The notes beneath the pieces were generated by a model. The model worked only from the letters and a program-made list of their open reading frames with translations, was not told where the DNA came from and did not search any database. Positions 49,328 through 61,687 of a stretch of DNA of 64,000 bases are shown here, in pieces. Where the stretch lies: NCBI GenBank assembly GCA_965204735.1, contig OZ242008.1, positions 992,001 through 1,056,000 on the forward strand. The letters are read 5' to 3'. Source of the stretch: Longimicrobiales bacterium (GTDB taxonomy: Bacteria; Gemmatimonadota; Gemmatimonadetes; Longimicrobiales; Gaopeijiaceae). Every line of letters begins with the position of its first letter. The stretch's first letter is position 1. A program made the translations under genes and the position numbers.

Positions 49328-52046
49328 AGAAGAAGACCTGCCGCGTCTTCGACACCTGCTCGAGCAGGTCAAGGGCCCGGTCCCTCCGGACCGCGTCCCA
49401 GTTGACCAGGACCTCGTCCATGAAGAGGGGAAGGCTCTCTTCGCCGGCGTCCAGGTGGTCCACGATGGCGAGTCTCAAGGCCAAGTAGACCTGTTCCCTG
49501 GTTCCCTGGGAAACGCTGCCGTCCACTTCCCTCGACGTCGCTTCGGTCGGCCCGCCGAGCTGGAACGACCCTCCTCCTCTCTCGTCGGCCAGCTCGATCT
49601 GGTCGTAGCGCCCGCCGGTGACGGCCCGCATGTGCTCGCCGGCGCGACGCAGCAGCTCCGGCTGGTTCTCGTCGCGGAACCGCCGGTCCGCCTCCTGGAC
49701 CAGGCGGCCCAGAAGGAACGCCCGGTCCCGCCGCCGCTTCGCGTCGCGGATGCGCTCCTCCACTCGGCCGATGCGGCCGCTCGTCCGATCCGCCGTTTCC
49801 CCCTGCCGCGCGTGCTGCACCCTGGCGTCCAAGCGGGCGACTTCGCGCTGGAGCCGACGGAGTTCCTCGCCCAGCTTCCGCACTCGCTCGTCCCCGGCCG
49901 CCAGTGCTTCTTCCAGCCCGTCCCAGCGCTCGCCCTCCGCTTCCGCTTGCCGGACCTCGTCCAGGAGTTGATCCAGCTCCGGATGCTCCAGTCGAAGCTC
50001 CTCCTCCAGCCGGTCGGCCCGCTCCCGGGCATCGAGCATCTTCGCAGCCGCTTCGGCGCCCTGCTGCGGGTCGCCGTCTCCCAGCGCGGCGAGGCGGGCG
50101 TTCAGATCCCGAAGCGAGGCCTCGGCCGCGTCGCGGTCCTCGACCGCCATCGAGCGCTCCCCTTCCGCCCTGTCCAGCTCCCGCTGCGCGGCCTCGGCCC
50201 CCCTGCGGGCCTGCACCGCCTCGTCCAACCGACGGAGAAGCGCGTCCGCGTCGGCGCCCGTCGCCGGCGCCGTCGATTCCAGCCCGGCCGCCTCGAGGGT
50301 CCGGGCGATCTCCTGGCGCGCCTCCTCCAGTCGCTCCCGGCGTTCCTCGAGAGCCCGTTTCCGTTCGGCGAGCGCGTCCGCCGCCTCCGCCGCCTCCTCC
50401 ATCGCCGCCGCCAGCCGGGCTTGGGGCTCGTTCAGCAGCCCGGGCAGGACGGGAAGGTCCGCCACCAGCTCGGCCACCTCCCGGCGCGCCGCTTCCGCCT
50501 TCGCCCCGACCCCTTCGATCCTGCTCGCGCCTCTGCGACCGGCGTCGGCGGAGTCCTTCTCCCTCCCCTTGGCTCGCCGGCGGTCCTGGACCCAAGTCGC
50601 GATCAAGAGCGCACCGCAGAACGCGACGACGGCGGAGACGCCCAGGGCCGTCTCTGCCCCGAAGCGTGCGAGGAAAGCGGCCCACGGCGGCACGGCGTCG
50701 GGGAAGTACACGATCGAGAAGGCCGCGGCTGCTCCGAGCGTCGTCGGCACGCCCGCCGCCAACCGCAGCCAGCCGGGCCGGTCGGCGTCCCGCAGGCCGG
50801 CCAGCTCGTCCTGGATACCTTCCTCCACGCTTCGCCGCTTCTGCACCAAGTGTCGGTACGCCTCCACCCGCGACCCGAGCTCCGCCACCGGCAAGGTCCT
50901 CAGCGCGCCGACCTGCGCCTCTTCCCACTCGCCCCACGGCGCCGAGAAGAGGCCCTGCGCCCGCTCGTCGCACAGCCGAGACGCGTCGCGGACCTCCTGC
51001 TTCGCCTTCGCCTCCTTCTTCTCCAGCTCCGGCAGCCCCGCGATCCGCCGCGCCGCCTCCTGCAGCCGGCCCGCCGCCTCCGCGACCCGCTGGTGACGCT
51101 CCTCGTACGTTCCGATCCGGTCTCGGGCGCCCGCCGCCTTCGCGTCGCATTTGGCGATCCGTCCTTCGGCCTCCTGCCGCTTCCGCTGCACCTCGACCAA
51201 GCGGTCCGCCGGGTCCGGGGGCACGCCGTCGAGGGCCGCCCCGTCGCCGGCCCGCTCGCGCAGCGCCGCGACCCTGGCCCGCGTCCGCGCCACGGGCCGC
51301 AACCGGTTCATCCGGCGCTCCAGAACCCGTCTTCGCTCTTCCAGGCGCGCATGATCCGCCAGAACGGCGGCAAGCTCCGCCTCCGCCTCGGCCTGCCGCC
51401 CCACCAGCCGACGAAGCTCGCGATCCGACTCCAGGGCCTTCCGGCGCTGGTCCTGGAGCGCCCGCAGCTCTTCCGACAGCATCCGCGCCAGGGGCTTGCC
51501 CCGCTGGTCGGGGCGCCAGAGCGCGTTGGCGTCGGCAAGGAACTCGGCGGCGACCGCCCGGGCCGGTCGCAAGTCGGGGGCGCCCATGGCGCCCGTCAGC
51601 CGGTCCTGCACGCGCTCCCAGCTCTCGCTCTTCAGCGCCGCCAGCTCGGGAAGAGATATGGCGTACACCTGCCGAAAGACCTTCCGCGACACGTGCCGCG
51701 CAAAGGGCAGGGGCCGGTTGCGCAGGTCGTCGGTGCGCCCCGCCGCCGTCGTCCGCCCCCAGCCCGCCGAGGGCAGGAGCCGTCGATGAACCTCCAGCTC
51801 GCTGCCGTCGTCCAGGCGGACGCGGGCCTTCGCCTCGGGCGGCCCGCCGTCCCAGGGCGCGTAGGGGTGCTTCGCGGCGAGGGCCGGTCGGAAGCCGTAG
51901 AGGAGGGTGGTCAACAGGGAAAAGAAGGTGGACTTGCCGCTCTCGTTGGGTCCCAGCACCACGACGACGGAGGGCAGCGGCGCGTCGCCCGTGCGCACTC
52001 CTTCGAGCCGACCGTAGCGCGCGACCTCCACGGAGTCGAACCTCAT
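49257..52046 (-). CDS. YhaN-like AAA_27 coiled-coil ATPase with internal TM pair
   Basis: YGRL, GPNESGKST, SQGTREQVYLALRLA, LFMDEVLVNWD and FTCH; hydrophobic hairpin mid-protein. Confidence 0.88.
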   Translation of the reverse strand: MRFDSVEVARYGRLEGVRTGDAPLPSVVVVLGPNESGKSTFFSLLTTLLYGFRPALAAKHPYAPWDGGPPEAKARVRLDDGSELEVHRRLLPSAGWGRTTAAGRTDDLRNRPLPFARHVSRKVFRQVYAISLPELAALKSESWERVQDRLTGAMGAPDLRPARAVAAEFLADANALWRPDQRGKPLARMLSEELRALQDQRRKALESDRELRRLVGRQAEAEAELAAVLADHARLEERRRVLERRMNRLRPVARTRARVAALRERAGDGAALDGVPPDPADRLVEVQRKRQEAEGRIAKCDAKAAGARDRIGTYEERHQRVAEAAGRLQEAARRIAGLPELEKKEAKAKQEVRDASRLCDERAQGLFSAPWGEWEEAQVGALRTLPVAELGSRVEAYRHLVQKRRSVEEGIQDELAGLRDADRPGWLRLAAGVPTTLGAAAAFSIVYFPDAVPPWAAFLARFGAETALGVSAVVAFCGALLIATWVQDRRRAKGREKDSADAGRRGASRIEGVGAKAEAARREVAELVADLPVLPGLLNEPQARLAAAMEEAAEAADALAERKRALEERRERLEEARQEIARTLEAAGLESTAPATGADADALLRRLDEAVQARRGAEAAQRELDRAEGERSMAVEDRDAAEASLRDLNARLAALGDGDPQQGAEAAAKMLDARERADRLEEELRLEHPELDQLLDEVRQAEAEGERWDGLEEALAAGDERVRKLGEELRRLQREVARLDARVQHARQGETADRTSGRIGRVEERIRDAKRRRDRAFLLGRLVQEADRRFRDENQPELLRRAGEHMRAVTGGRYDQIELADERGGGSFQLGGPTEATSREVDGSVSQGTREQVYLALRLAIVDHLDAGEESLPLFMDEVLVNWDAVRRDRALDLLEQVSKTRQVFFFTCHPAMAAELEDRGAAVLPLER

Positions 52047-53299
52047 GTTCCGCCCTGCTCCGCATCGAGCATCCGGGAGGCGGCTTCCTCGGGCGCTCCC
52101 TTCATCAGCTCCCGGAAGTAGTCGCCCACGGAGCCGTGCTGCTCGGCGCTGTACCCCGCCAACTCCCCTTCGGACACCCCCAACTCCTCTTCGCCGGCGG
52201 ACACCTGGGCGGCGAGACGCAGAACCGCGCCCAGCACGTCGCGACGCTGGACGTGATCGGCGACCCGCACCGGCGGATGCAGCCTCTCCGCCCGCACTTC
52301 GACGCCCAGAGCCCCCAGCCGGCGGGCGATCTCGTCCTCCAGCGTCGCCGCTTCGTCCGGCCTTCGGAGCTCCGCCCAGAGGGGGGAAGGTCCTTCCAGC
52401 TCGAACGTCGCCATCCACTCGACGCCCGTCCCCGGGTCGTCCTTCCTGGCGGCTTCCCACGACCGCACCGCCGCCGCCGCCAGCCGCCGCAGCGTCGAAG
52501 CCTCTTTCAAGGCGGACACGGACGCCTTCTCCCACCGGATGGGGGCGAACTCCCGGAACTCCACGGCGGGCCGCTCCGGTTCGCTCAGATCCACCAGCAG
52601 GCCGCCCTTGGGCCCGGTCTCTCCCGGGTTTCGGCCCTGAAGATTGCCCGGGTACCAGATCGGCGGCTCGTCGGAGAGGGCTTGCCGGATGTGGACATGT
52701 CCCAGCGCCCAGTAGTGGAACCCGGCGGCCTGAAGGTCGGCGATACGGGAGGGCGCGTAGGGCCGGTGCACGCCGGCGTCGCCGGCCGCCGACGCAAGGG
52801 TGTGGAGCAGGGCCGCCTGAGGAAGGCGGGTGTCCGCCTTCGGACGCATCCGCCGCGAGAGGTTCTCGGTTTCCTCGGCGGTGGCGTGGCCGGCCCCGGT
52901 CACGTATCCGGCGACTTCGCCGCCGCGTCCCCGGACGGCCACCGTCTCCGGCTGTCCGCCGCAGATCACGGCGGCGTTGGCGGGCCACTCCAATGCGCCT
53001 TCTCGCGGGGCCGCGCCCGGATCATGGTTGCCCGCCGCGTAGACGAACTGGACCTCGGCTTCCTCGAGGCGCGCGACCTGCTGGAGCAGGAAGCGCTCGG
53101 TTTCGAGGGAGAGGCGACCGCCGTCGAAGAGGTCTCCCGCCACCAGCACGGCGTCCACCTTCTCGGCGACGGCGGCCTCGACGCAGCGGCCGAACGCTTC
53201 CCGCGAGGCCTGCCGCAGTCGGGTCCGCACCTCCTCGGATCGGCCCGAGAAGGTCGTGTCCAGGTGAACGTCCGCAATGTGAAGGAAGCGCAAGCGCAA
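52043..53299 (-). CDS. YhaO-like DNA repair exonuclease (SbcD/Mre11 family)
   Basis: HIADVHLD, AGDLFD, GNHD, YWALGHVH and YPGNLQGR..E.G.KG. Confidence 0.9.
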   Translation of the reverse strand: MRLRFLHIADVHLDTTFSGRSEEVRTRLRQASREAFGRCVEAAVAEKVDAVLVAGDLFDGGRLSLETERFLLQQVARLEEAEVQFVYAAGNHDPGAAPREGALEWPANAAVICGGQPETVAVRGRGGEVAGYVTGAGHATAEETENLSRRMRPKADTRLPQAALLHTLASAAGDAGVHRPYAPSRIADLQAAGFHYWALGHVHIRQALSDEPPIWYPGNLQGRNPGETGPKGGLLVDLSEPERPAVEFREFAPIRWEKASVSALKEASTLRRLAAAAVRSWEAARKDDPGTGVEWMATFELEGPSPLWAELRRPDEAATLEDEIARRLGALGVEVRAERLHPPVRVADHVQRRDVLGAVLRLAAQVSAGEEELGVSEGELAGYSAEQHGSVGDYFRELMKGAPEEAASRMLDAEQGGT

Positions 53300-53451
53300 T
53301 CTCCGTTGGATGACGTCCTTTGCCGCCCGGGAAGGCGTCGACGACGCCTTGGAGGGCTTCGGAAAGCTTGTAAATAGTAACCTTCGTTGCTAGACTTGTC
53401 CGAAAGCATTCCGAGGATCGGACGGCTCACCTTTCGAGGAGTTGCTCCCCA

Positions 53452-56400
53452 ATGAGCTCGCCAGAGGACGTCCAAGAAGTCCTCTCTTGCCTTCGGACCT
53501 CGCTGGACGACGAGCGCTTCCGACTGGCCCGGCAGTTCGTCCCCATCTTCCTCGGCAAGGCCCCGCTGGACTTGCTCGAGGAGCGGACCTCGGAAGAGCT
53601 GGGCCGCATGTGCATGGACTCCCTCCGCTTTCTGGAGGCGAGTCGCCCCGACCGGGTGGACGCCGAGGTCGTCAACCCCGACGAGGACAGGACCGGGTGG
53701 TACGCCCCCGTCACGGTCGTGCGGACCAACATCTCCGAGCGGCCCTTCATCGTGGACACGATCCGCGAGTACCTGTCCTCCCAGGACCTGCGGATCCGCC
53801 ACTTCGTCTACCCCCTCATGACCGTCGAGCGCGACGAAGAGGGCCGGGTTGCAAGGGTGGGCCCCGCCGACCGCAGCGGCCGCTCCGAGTCCGTCGTCCA
53901 CGCCGAAGTGGGACGGGTCACCAGCGCCGAGACCCTCGACACCCTTCGCCACGAGATCGCCCGCCGCCTCGGCGACGTGGTCAGGGCCACCGACGACTTC
54001 GAGTTCATGATCGACAAGATCAACGACGTGGTGGCGGAGCTGCGCTTCCTTTCCCGCGAGGTGCAGGAGCGCCGGGACGAGCTGCGGGAGATACAGGCGT
54101 TCCTCCGCTGGCTGCGGGACGACGGCTTGGTCTTCCTGGGCTACCGCGAGTACAACTTCGAGGAGATGGAGGACGAGGAGACGGGCGAGGCGGAGACGGT
54201 GGTGCGGGTGGAGGCGGGCTCCGGGCTGGGCATTCTCCAGGACGAGGGGAGCTCCACCTTCGCCCGCCCGGTGCCGTTCAGCCGTCTACCCGACGAGATG
54301 CGCCGGAGAGCCCTCCACGGCCCGACGCTCATCATCAGCAAGACCAACGCCGAGTCCACGATCCACCGCCGGGCGCGGATGGACTACGTCGGCGTCAAGA
54401 AGCTGCGATCCGACGGCTCGGTGGCCGGCGAGCACCGCTTCCTGGGCCTCTTCACCTCCAAGGCGTACGCCGAGCCTGCAAGGGACATCCCCATCCTTCG
54501 GGAGAAGCTGAAGACGATCCTGGGCCGCTCCGGCGTGGCGGAACGCTCCCACGACTACAAGGAGATCATCACGATCTTCGACTCCCTGCCCAAGGAAGAG
54601 CTCTTCCTGGCGTCGGAAGAGGAGATCGAGAGGGACATCCGCACGATCCTGACCCGGTACAACACGAAGGGCGTGATCGTGTCGGTGCGGCGCGACGCCC
54701 TGGGCCGAGGCGTGTCGATCATGGTGGTGCTTCCCCGGAACCGCTTCTCGGGCGAGTTCCGACGGGAGCTGGAGGAGCGGCTGACCACTCGCTACGACGC
54801 CCAGATCCTCAACTACCACTTGGCGATGAGCACCGGCGACCAAGCTCGCCTGCACTTCTACCTGGGGGGACCCGACGCCCGCCTGGACGAGGTGACCGCA
54901 GGGGAGCTGGAAGAGACGGTGGCCAAGCTGGCCCGCTCGTGGCGGGACGAGGTGCGGGAGCGGTTGGGAGAGGTCCGTCCTCCCGACGACGCCCACAGAC
55001 TGGCCAACCGCTACGCCGCCGCCTTCGCCCCCGAGTACAAGGCCGCCACCGACCCGGGCGCCGCGGTCCGCGACGTCCTCGAGCTGGAGGAGATGAAGGC
55101 TGCGGGGACCAGGGAGTCGGCCCGGTTCTACGACGACCCCGGGGGAGAGGGCGAGCGCGAACTGAAGATATACGTCCGGGGCCGGCGGATCGTGCTCTCG
55201 GACTTCATGCCGGTGCTGGAGAACTGCGGCCTGCGCGTGGTCGGGGTGTCGCCCTTCGAGCTTCGGCCCAACGGGGGCGAAGAGGGCTCCGTCATCTACA
55301 GCTTCGCCGTGCAGGCGTCGGCCGGAGAGGGACTGGACGTGAGGGGCCGAGGCCGGGTCCTCTCCGAGGCGATCCTGGCGGTCCGGGCGGGCGACGCGAG
55401 CAACGACGCCTTCAACCGGTTGGTCCAGCGCACCGGAATGGCGTGGAGGGAGGCCGACGTGCTCCGGGCCTACGCCGGCTACGCGTTCCAGATCGGCGCC
55501 GTCCCCAGCCGCCAGGTCCTGGTCTCGGCGCTGGAGGCGCACCCGGAGATGGCGTTGCTTCTCTTCCGGCTCTTCGAGGCCCGGTTCGACCCGGCCCTGG
55601 GCCCCGCCGCCGACGGAGTCCTGCTCGGCGACGGCGTCTCGGGCGGCGACGGCGGTTCCGGCGGCACGGACAGGCGCGGCGCGGCCGGCGACGGCGTCTC
55701 GGGCGACCGAGAGGTCCGCGTGGCCGCGGCCCGCTCGCGCATCCCGGACGCGCTGGCGGCCGTGCAGTCCCTGGCCTTCGACCGGGCGCTCCGGGCGCTG
55801 TGGACCGTCGTCGAGTCCACGGTCCGCACCAACTACTACCGAGGCGGAGGCCGGAGCCCCGTCGTCAGGTCGGGGGGCGTGCCCTACGTCTCGTTCAAGT
55901 TCGACTGCGCCCGTCTCCAGGAAGTCTCCAAGAACCGGCTGGAGTTCGAGGTGTGGGTCCGCTCGTCTCGGATGGAGGGGATACACCTCCGGGGGGCCCG
56001 CGTGGCCCGGGGCGGAGTGCGCTACTCGGACCGTCCCGACGACTTCCGCACGGAGATCCTCGGGCTGGTCTACACCCAGATGGTCAAGAACGTGGTGATC
56101 GTTCCCAGCGGCTCCAAGGGGGGGTTCGTGTGCCTGCGCTCCTTGCCCGCGCGGAGGCCATGGCCGGAGAGGTCAAGGAGCAGTACTGCACCCTCGTGCG
56201 GGGGCTGCTGGACGTGACCGACAACCTGAACCGCGACGCGGCCCTGCCCAAGGAAGTCGTCTGCTACGACGGCTTCGACCCCTACCTGGTCGTGGCCGCC
56301 GACAAGGGGACCGCGCGGTTCTCGGACGTGGCCAACGCCGTGGCGGCCGACTACGGCTTCTGGCTGGGAGACGCCTTCGCCTCGGGCGGCTCCAACGGCT

Positions 56401-58388
56401 ACGACCACAAGGAAGTGGGGATCACCGCCGGAGGGGCCTGGGAGTCGGTCAAGCGGCACTTCCGCGAGATGGGCAAGGACGTGGCGACCGAACCCTTCAC
56501 GGCGGCCGGCATCGGCGACATGAGCGGCGACGTGTTCGGCAACGGCATGCTCCTCTCCAAGGCGGTCCGACTGGTGGCGGCGTTCGACCACCGCCACGTC
56601 TTCATCGATCCGGACCCCGACCCGGAGAGCTCTTGGCAGGAGCGCAAGCGCCTCTTCGACCTGGGCGGCTCGTCGTGGGACGACTACGACCGGAGCAAGC
56701 TGTCCAAGGGGGGGACGATCGTCTCCCGCAGCCTCAAGTCGGTCGAGCTCGCCCCCGAGGCCGAAGCAGCGCTGGGGCTGACTCCCGCCTCCGGTCCCCT
56801 GGACGGCGAGAGCCTCATCCGGGCCGTCCTGGCCGCGCCGGTGGAGCTGCTCTGGAACGGCGGAATCGGCACCTACGTGAAGGGCGTCCACGAAACCCAC
56901 GCCGACGCCGGCGACCCCGCCAACGACGCGGTGCGGATCAACGCCAACCGGCTCCGCGCGAAGGTCGTGGGCGAAGGCGGCAACCTGGGGTTCACCCAGG
57001 CCGCCCGCGTGGAGTATGCGCTGGAGGGGGGACGGCTCAACACCGACGCCCTGGACAACTCGGGCGGCGTGAACCTGTCCGACCGCGAGGTCAACCTCAA
57101 GATCCTCCTCAACGAACCGCTCCGGCACGGCGAGGCCACGCTGGAGGAGCGCAACGAGCTGCTGCGAAGGCTCAAGGCCACGGTCGCGGCCCAGGTGCTC
57201 CAGGACAACGAGTCCAACAGCCGCGCCGTGTCCCTGGACGAGTACCGGGCCCGCATGGGGGTGGACCACTTCTGGGCCCTGATGGGCGACCTGACCCGTG
57301 CCGGCGTGCTGGACCGGGACGCGGAGGGACTCCCCTCGTGGGACGTCCTGGCGACCCGGCGCAAGGCCCATCAGTCCCTGACCCGTCCCGAGCTCGCCGT
57401 CCTCCTTTCCTACGCCAAGCTGCACCTGACGTCGGCGTTGCTGGCGTCGGACCTTCCCGACGACCCCGCCGCCGCGGCCTACTTCTACGACTACTTCCCG
57501 CCCGAGGCCATGGAGTTCGCCGGCCGCGACCGGGCGGCGAAGCACAGGCTGCGGCGCGAGATCGTGGCCAGCCAGCTCACCAACGACCTGGTGGACATCA
57601 TGGGCGCGGCGTTCGTGGCGCGGGTGGCGCGGGAGACCGGGCACGAGCCCGAGGAGGTGGCCCGGGCGTGGCTGGTGGCGGCCCGCCTGACCGGCCACGG
57701 CGCCCTGGTGGCGGAGATCCGGGCTCGGGAAGGCGCCGTCTCCGCCGGGGTGGCCTACCGCTGGACCCGGGGACTTGCCCGCGTCCTCGACCGCACGACC
57801 CGCTGGGTCCTCTCCAGCTGCGACCCGGAAGACTCGACCACCGAGCTGGTGGAGCGGAACCTGGAGGGGTTGGAGTCGCTGCGGGGCCGGTTCGACGAGA
57901 TCGTGTCCGGCGAGGATCGCCGCGTCTACGTCTCCCTGCTGAGCGAGACGCGGAAGCAGGGCGTGGACCAGGAGTTCGCCCGCCGGTTCCTGACCCTCCG
58001 CTTCTTGGACGGCCTGCTGGAGATCCTGCGCATCTCCCGCACCACCTCGGCCGATCCGGTGGAGGCGGCGCGCACCTACTACTTGGTCACCGAGGAGCTG
58101 CGGCTCCCTTGGCTGATGCGCGGCATCGAGAAGGCGGGGAGGCAGGGGAAGTGGGAGCGGCGCTGGGCTCTGGGCCTCGCCCACGACCTGGGCGCCGTCC
58201 GGCGCCGCCTGACCAAGGACGCCCTGACCGGCCGGGTCGCGCCGACCGACGGCCTGGGCTTCGCCGACCGCGAGGGCCGTCTGGACCGCTTCCACGACCT
58301 CCTGGAGGAGATGCAGGGCGAAGAGGCGACCTCCCTGGCGAGCCTCTCGGCGGCGGTCCAGGAGATCCGGCACCTGGGGGAGGGGTAG
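53452..58388 (+). CDS. gdhB: Large NAD-specific glutamate dehydrogenase, with an apparent -1 frameshift near 56150
   Basis: First frame: RMDYVGVK, FLGLFTS, EGIHLRG, RGGVRYSDR, DFRTE, VKN and GSKGGF. Second frame: GLLDVTDN, YLVVAADKGTA, DAFASGGS, GDMSGDVFGNG and EGGNLG. Confidence 0.92.
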
Positions 58389-58647
58389 GTGTGGGAGGGG
58401 CAGGCTTGCCCGACCGCCTGGACGAGACGGGCGGAACTCCTCGGCACACCGCGCGGGCCCGCCGGGCCGTGCGGCAAAGACCAGCTCCTGGGGGTCGGCG
58501 CATCTTCCTTTGCATTCCGGCTGAGGCAGGGATATCGTCATGATGCGGTGGCGAATCGGCCGCCGCTGCGGTGACCTTTAGCATGGCCGTGCAAACTGCC
58601 TTTGGCGACCTGACGGCCCGCCCCGCCGTCCAACAGGAGTCCTCGCG

Positions 58648-60673
58648 ATGAAGCCCGTGTCCCTGGACGTACTCTTCAACAACAAGATCTTCCGCATCCC
58701 GGACTACCAGCGTGGATTCGCGTGGCAGACGGAGCAGCTCCGCCAGTTCTGGGACGACTTGGTCAACCTCGCCGAAGGCCGTTCGCACTACACGGGCCTC
58801 ATCACCATGCGGGAAATTGCCACCGACAACACCGACCGGTACGGGAAGGAACAGTGGCTCATCAGGGATTTCTCCCATCGCGCCTACCACATCGTGGACG
58901 GCCAGCAGCGCCTGACCACTCTTGTAGTCCTTCTCCAGGCGTTCGTCGAATTGAAGAGAAGTCTTTGCAAAGACGAGTCCGACAGGGAGATCTACGTCTC
59001 CGAGAGTCTCACCATAGACGACGTCGTCGAGAAGTACATCGTCAGGAAGCATCCGAAGGGCATCTACCGGACATACAAGTTCGGCTACGACGCCGACAAC
59101 CCCAGCGACAAGTTCTTCCGCCACAAGATCGTTGGAGAACCGGACAGGGGCGCGGTCGACGAAACCTTCTACACGCTGAACTTGACTCGAGCCAAGGAGT
59201 ACTTCGCCAAGCGCCTGAGGCAGCTCTACGAGTCGGCTGGGATCCCTGGACTTCAGGAGATGTACTCGAAGGTCACCCGGTCGCTGCTGTTCAACGAATA
59301 CGTCATCGAGGACGAATTCGACGTCTACGTCGCCTTCGAGACGATGAACAACCGGGGAAAGCCGCTGTCGAACTTGGAGCTTCTCAAGAATCGGCTCATC
59401 TACCTCGTGACGCTCTACCCCAACGACTGCTTGGACGCCGTAAGCCGAGAGGATCTCCGGCAGCGCATCAACAAGGTCTGGAAGGGAGTCTACCACCAGC
59501 TGGGACGCAACAAGGCACACCCGTTGAACGACGACGAGTTCTTGCGTGCCCACTGGATCATGTACTTCGGCTTCGATTCTAAAGCGAACTACAGCCACTT
59601 CCTCCTGGACGACTACTTCTTCCCTCGGCGGGTACAAGATCCCGCCGCCGCGACGGTCCACCCCCAGGGGCTTCTTGGAACCTGCCGAGATCGACAAGTA
59701 TGTGGTCAGCTTGGGCGCCTCGGCGCCTCATTGGTTCAACCTTCACTTCCCTCGCAAGTCATACCCACCTCTGAAAGGCGCGGAGGTCGTAGCTCTGCTC
59801 AAGCTGCAGCGGGCGGGCGTCCGATACTTCAAGCCCCTAGTCATGGCCGTGCTCAAGAACGAGGCCGAATCGGCGAAGCGCACGGAAGCCTTCAAGGGCA
59901 TGGAGCGATTCGTCTTCCTCGCGTTCCACGTGCACGGAATGCAATGGAACTACGCTCGGCCCGAATTCCTGAGGGCGGCTCGCCAAGTGGACCGCGAGGA
60001 GATCGGCCTGGCCACGGTCCACAAGAAGCTGTCAGGTCGTCTGTCCGTAATGCTCGGAGAGGACGGGACGCTCAAGCAGCGTTGGTTCCGAAACCTCATG
60101 GCAAGAAAGTTCGCCGACGGCGGCTACGGCTACTACGCATGGAGCGGCCTGCGTCACTTGCTCTTCGAGTACGAACTGCACCTTCAGGGCCGACGCCTAA
60201 GCAAGGTGTCGTGGGAGCACCTCAAGAAGTCCAAGCGCGACATGGTAACCGTGGAGCACATCGCGCCGCAAGGCCCGAACAAACATTGGCGACCGGCGTT
60301 CAAGAAACACCACGCCTTTCGGGACCTGGATGGGCAGGAAGGCGACGCGACGTTCCGCGAACTGTACCACAGGCACGTCAACTCCCTCGGCAACCTGCTC
60401 CTGCTGTCCCGCTCCGTGAACTCGGCGCTTCAGGACCATTCCTTCGAGCGGAAGAAGAAAGCGTGGCGCGATTCCGAGGGCAACACGTTGCGGGACGGAT
60501 ACGCCAACGGTTCCCACTCCGAACTCGAGGTCGCCATGCAAGAATCGTGGGGTCCCGAAGAGATCCGCAAGCGCGGCATGAAGCTGCTGACCTTCTTCGA
60601 GGACCGCTGGCAGGTGCGGTTTCGGAGCGAGGAAGAGAAGGAGCGCCTCTTGATGCTCTCCGTCGACTCGTAG
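58648..60673 (+). CDS. DUF262-DUF1524 (GmrSD-like, type IV restriction) protein, with an apparent frameshift at ~59610-59680
   Basis: First frame: IPDYQRGFAW, DGQQRLTT and FETMNNRG. Second frame (stop 60673): EHIAP and LGNLLLL...NS HNH-like motifs. Confidence 0.88.
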
Positions 60674-60705
60674 TCCCGACGCGCTTCCCACGCCGCGTAA
60701 GCGAG

Positions 60706-61665
60706 TCAGCCTCGGTCGCCTGGAGCGCGACCAACGACGCTGACGCTGCCGGTCGCGACTTCCAGCAGCACTCCCTCCTTGAGTCCGACCGCGGGAACCA
60801 CGATCCGATCCGCCTGGGCAAGCTTCGCGAAATAGCGGTACACCAACGCCGCGGGAAGGATTACGTCGGCGCGGTCGGGGCGGAGCCTCAGGTCGCGGAT
60901 CCGCTCGGCCACCGACATGGACGAGAGCATCTGGATTACGGCTTCGAGGCGACGGAGCGAGAGCACGGCGATCTTCAGAGGGTCCACATAGGCGAGGGCA
61001 AGCTGGGCGATCGACTCGACGTTGCCTCCGGTGGCTGCCAACGCCACTGGAACCCTGCGGTTGCCGGGGTGCGGGACGACCAGCGGCTCCAGCTGCCGGG
61101 CAACCCACTGCCGCAGCGTGTCGTGACAGCCCTCGGCCGCTTCCAGCGTTTCCAGCAAGCGGACGGTGCCGACGCGGTGGGATTGGCTCCAGAGAATCCG
61201 CTCGTGGTCCACTAGCGACACCTCCACGCTGCCTCCTCCCAGGTCCACGAGCATCCAGCACCCGCGGGAGAGGTCGATCCGCCGACCCACGGCCAGGTGG
61301 ACCAGGCGCGCCTCCTCGTCCCCCGTGATCGGCTCCAGCTCGATGTCGGATTCTGCCCGGATTCTGTTCAGGAATCTGTCGCGGTTGGCGGCCTCCCTCG
61401 TGGCGCTGGTCGCCACCGCTCGATAGCGCTCCACGCCCAGGGCGTCCATCTCCGCTCGGAAGCCCCGGAACGCAGCCGCCCCCTGGGCCAGCGTCTCGTC
61501 GTCCAGCTCGCCTTCCGTGAAGACCCGGTGCCCAAGCCGCACGGACACCCGCCTGCGGACCACAACCTCGTAGCTGGCCGGACCGCTAAAGTCCGCAACC
61601 ATCAGCCGGATCGCGTTGGACCCTGCGTCGACGGCTGCGACCCGAACCGGGAAGGAAGCGCTCAA
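60706..61665 (-). CDS. ppx: Ppx/GppA exopolyphosphatase, short form (start uncertain)
   Basis: DAGSNAIR, ATSATREA, EEARL, DLGGGSVE, RADVI and GLKEG. Confidence 0.9.
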   Translation of the reverse strand: MSASFPVRVAAVDAGSNAIRLMVADFSGPASYEVVVRRRVSVRLGHRVFTEGELDDETLAQGAAAFRGFRAEMDALGVERYRAVATSATREAANRDRFLNRIRAESDIELEPITGDEEARLVHLAVGRRIDLSRGCWMLVDLGGGSVEVSLVDHERILWSQSHRVGTVRLLETLEAAEGCHDTLRQWVARQLEPLVVPHPGNRRVPVALAATGGNVESIAQLALAYVDPLKIAVLSLRRLEAVIQMLSSMSVAERIRDLRLRPDRADVILPAALVYRYFAKLAQADRIVVPAVGLKEGVLLEVATGSVSVVGRAPGDRG

Positions 61666-61687
61666 CCGGCGGGTTCCGCGACGCCGA

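Noticed and set aside
53442..56140. N-terminal part of the 1648-aa ORF 53442..58388
   Set aside because: Arg/Gly/Pro-rich shadow frame. GDH motifs here are in the 53452 frame.
59690..61215. C-terminal part of the 855-aa ORF 58648..61215
   Set aside because: Out-of-frame read-through after the frameshift. It overlaps the true DUF1524 frame and antisense ppx.
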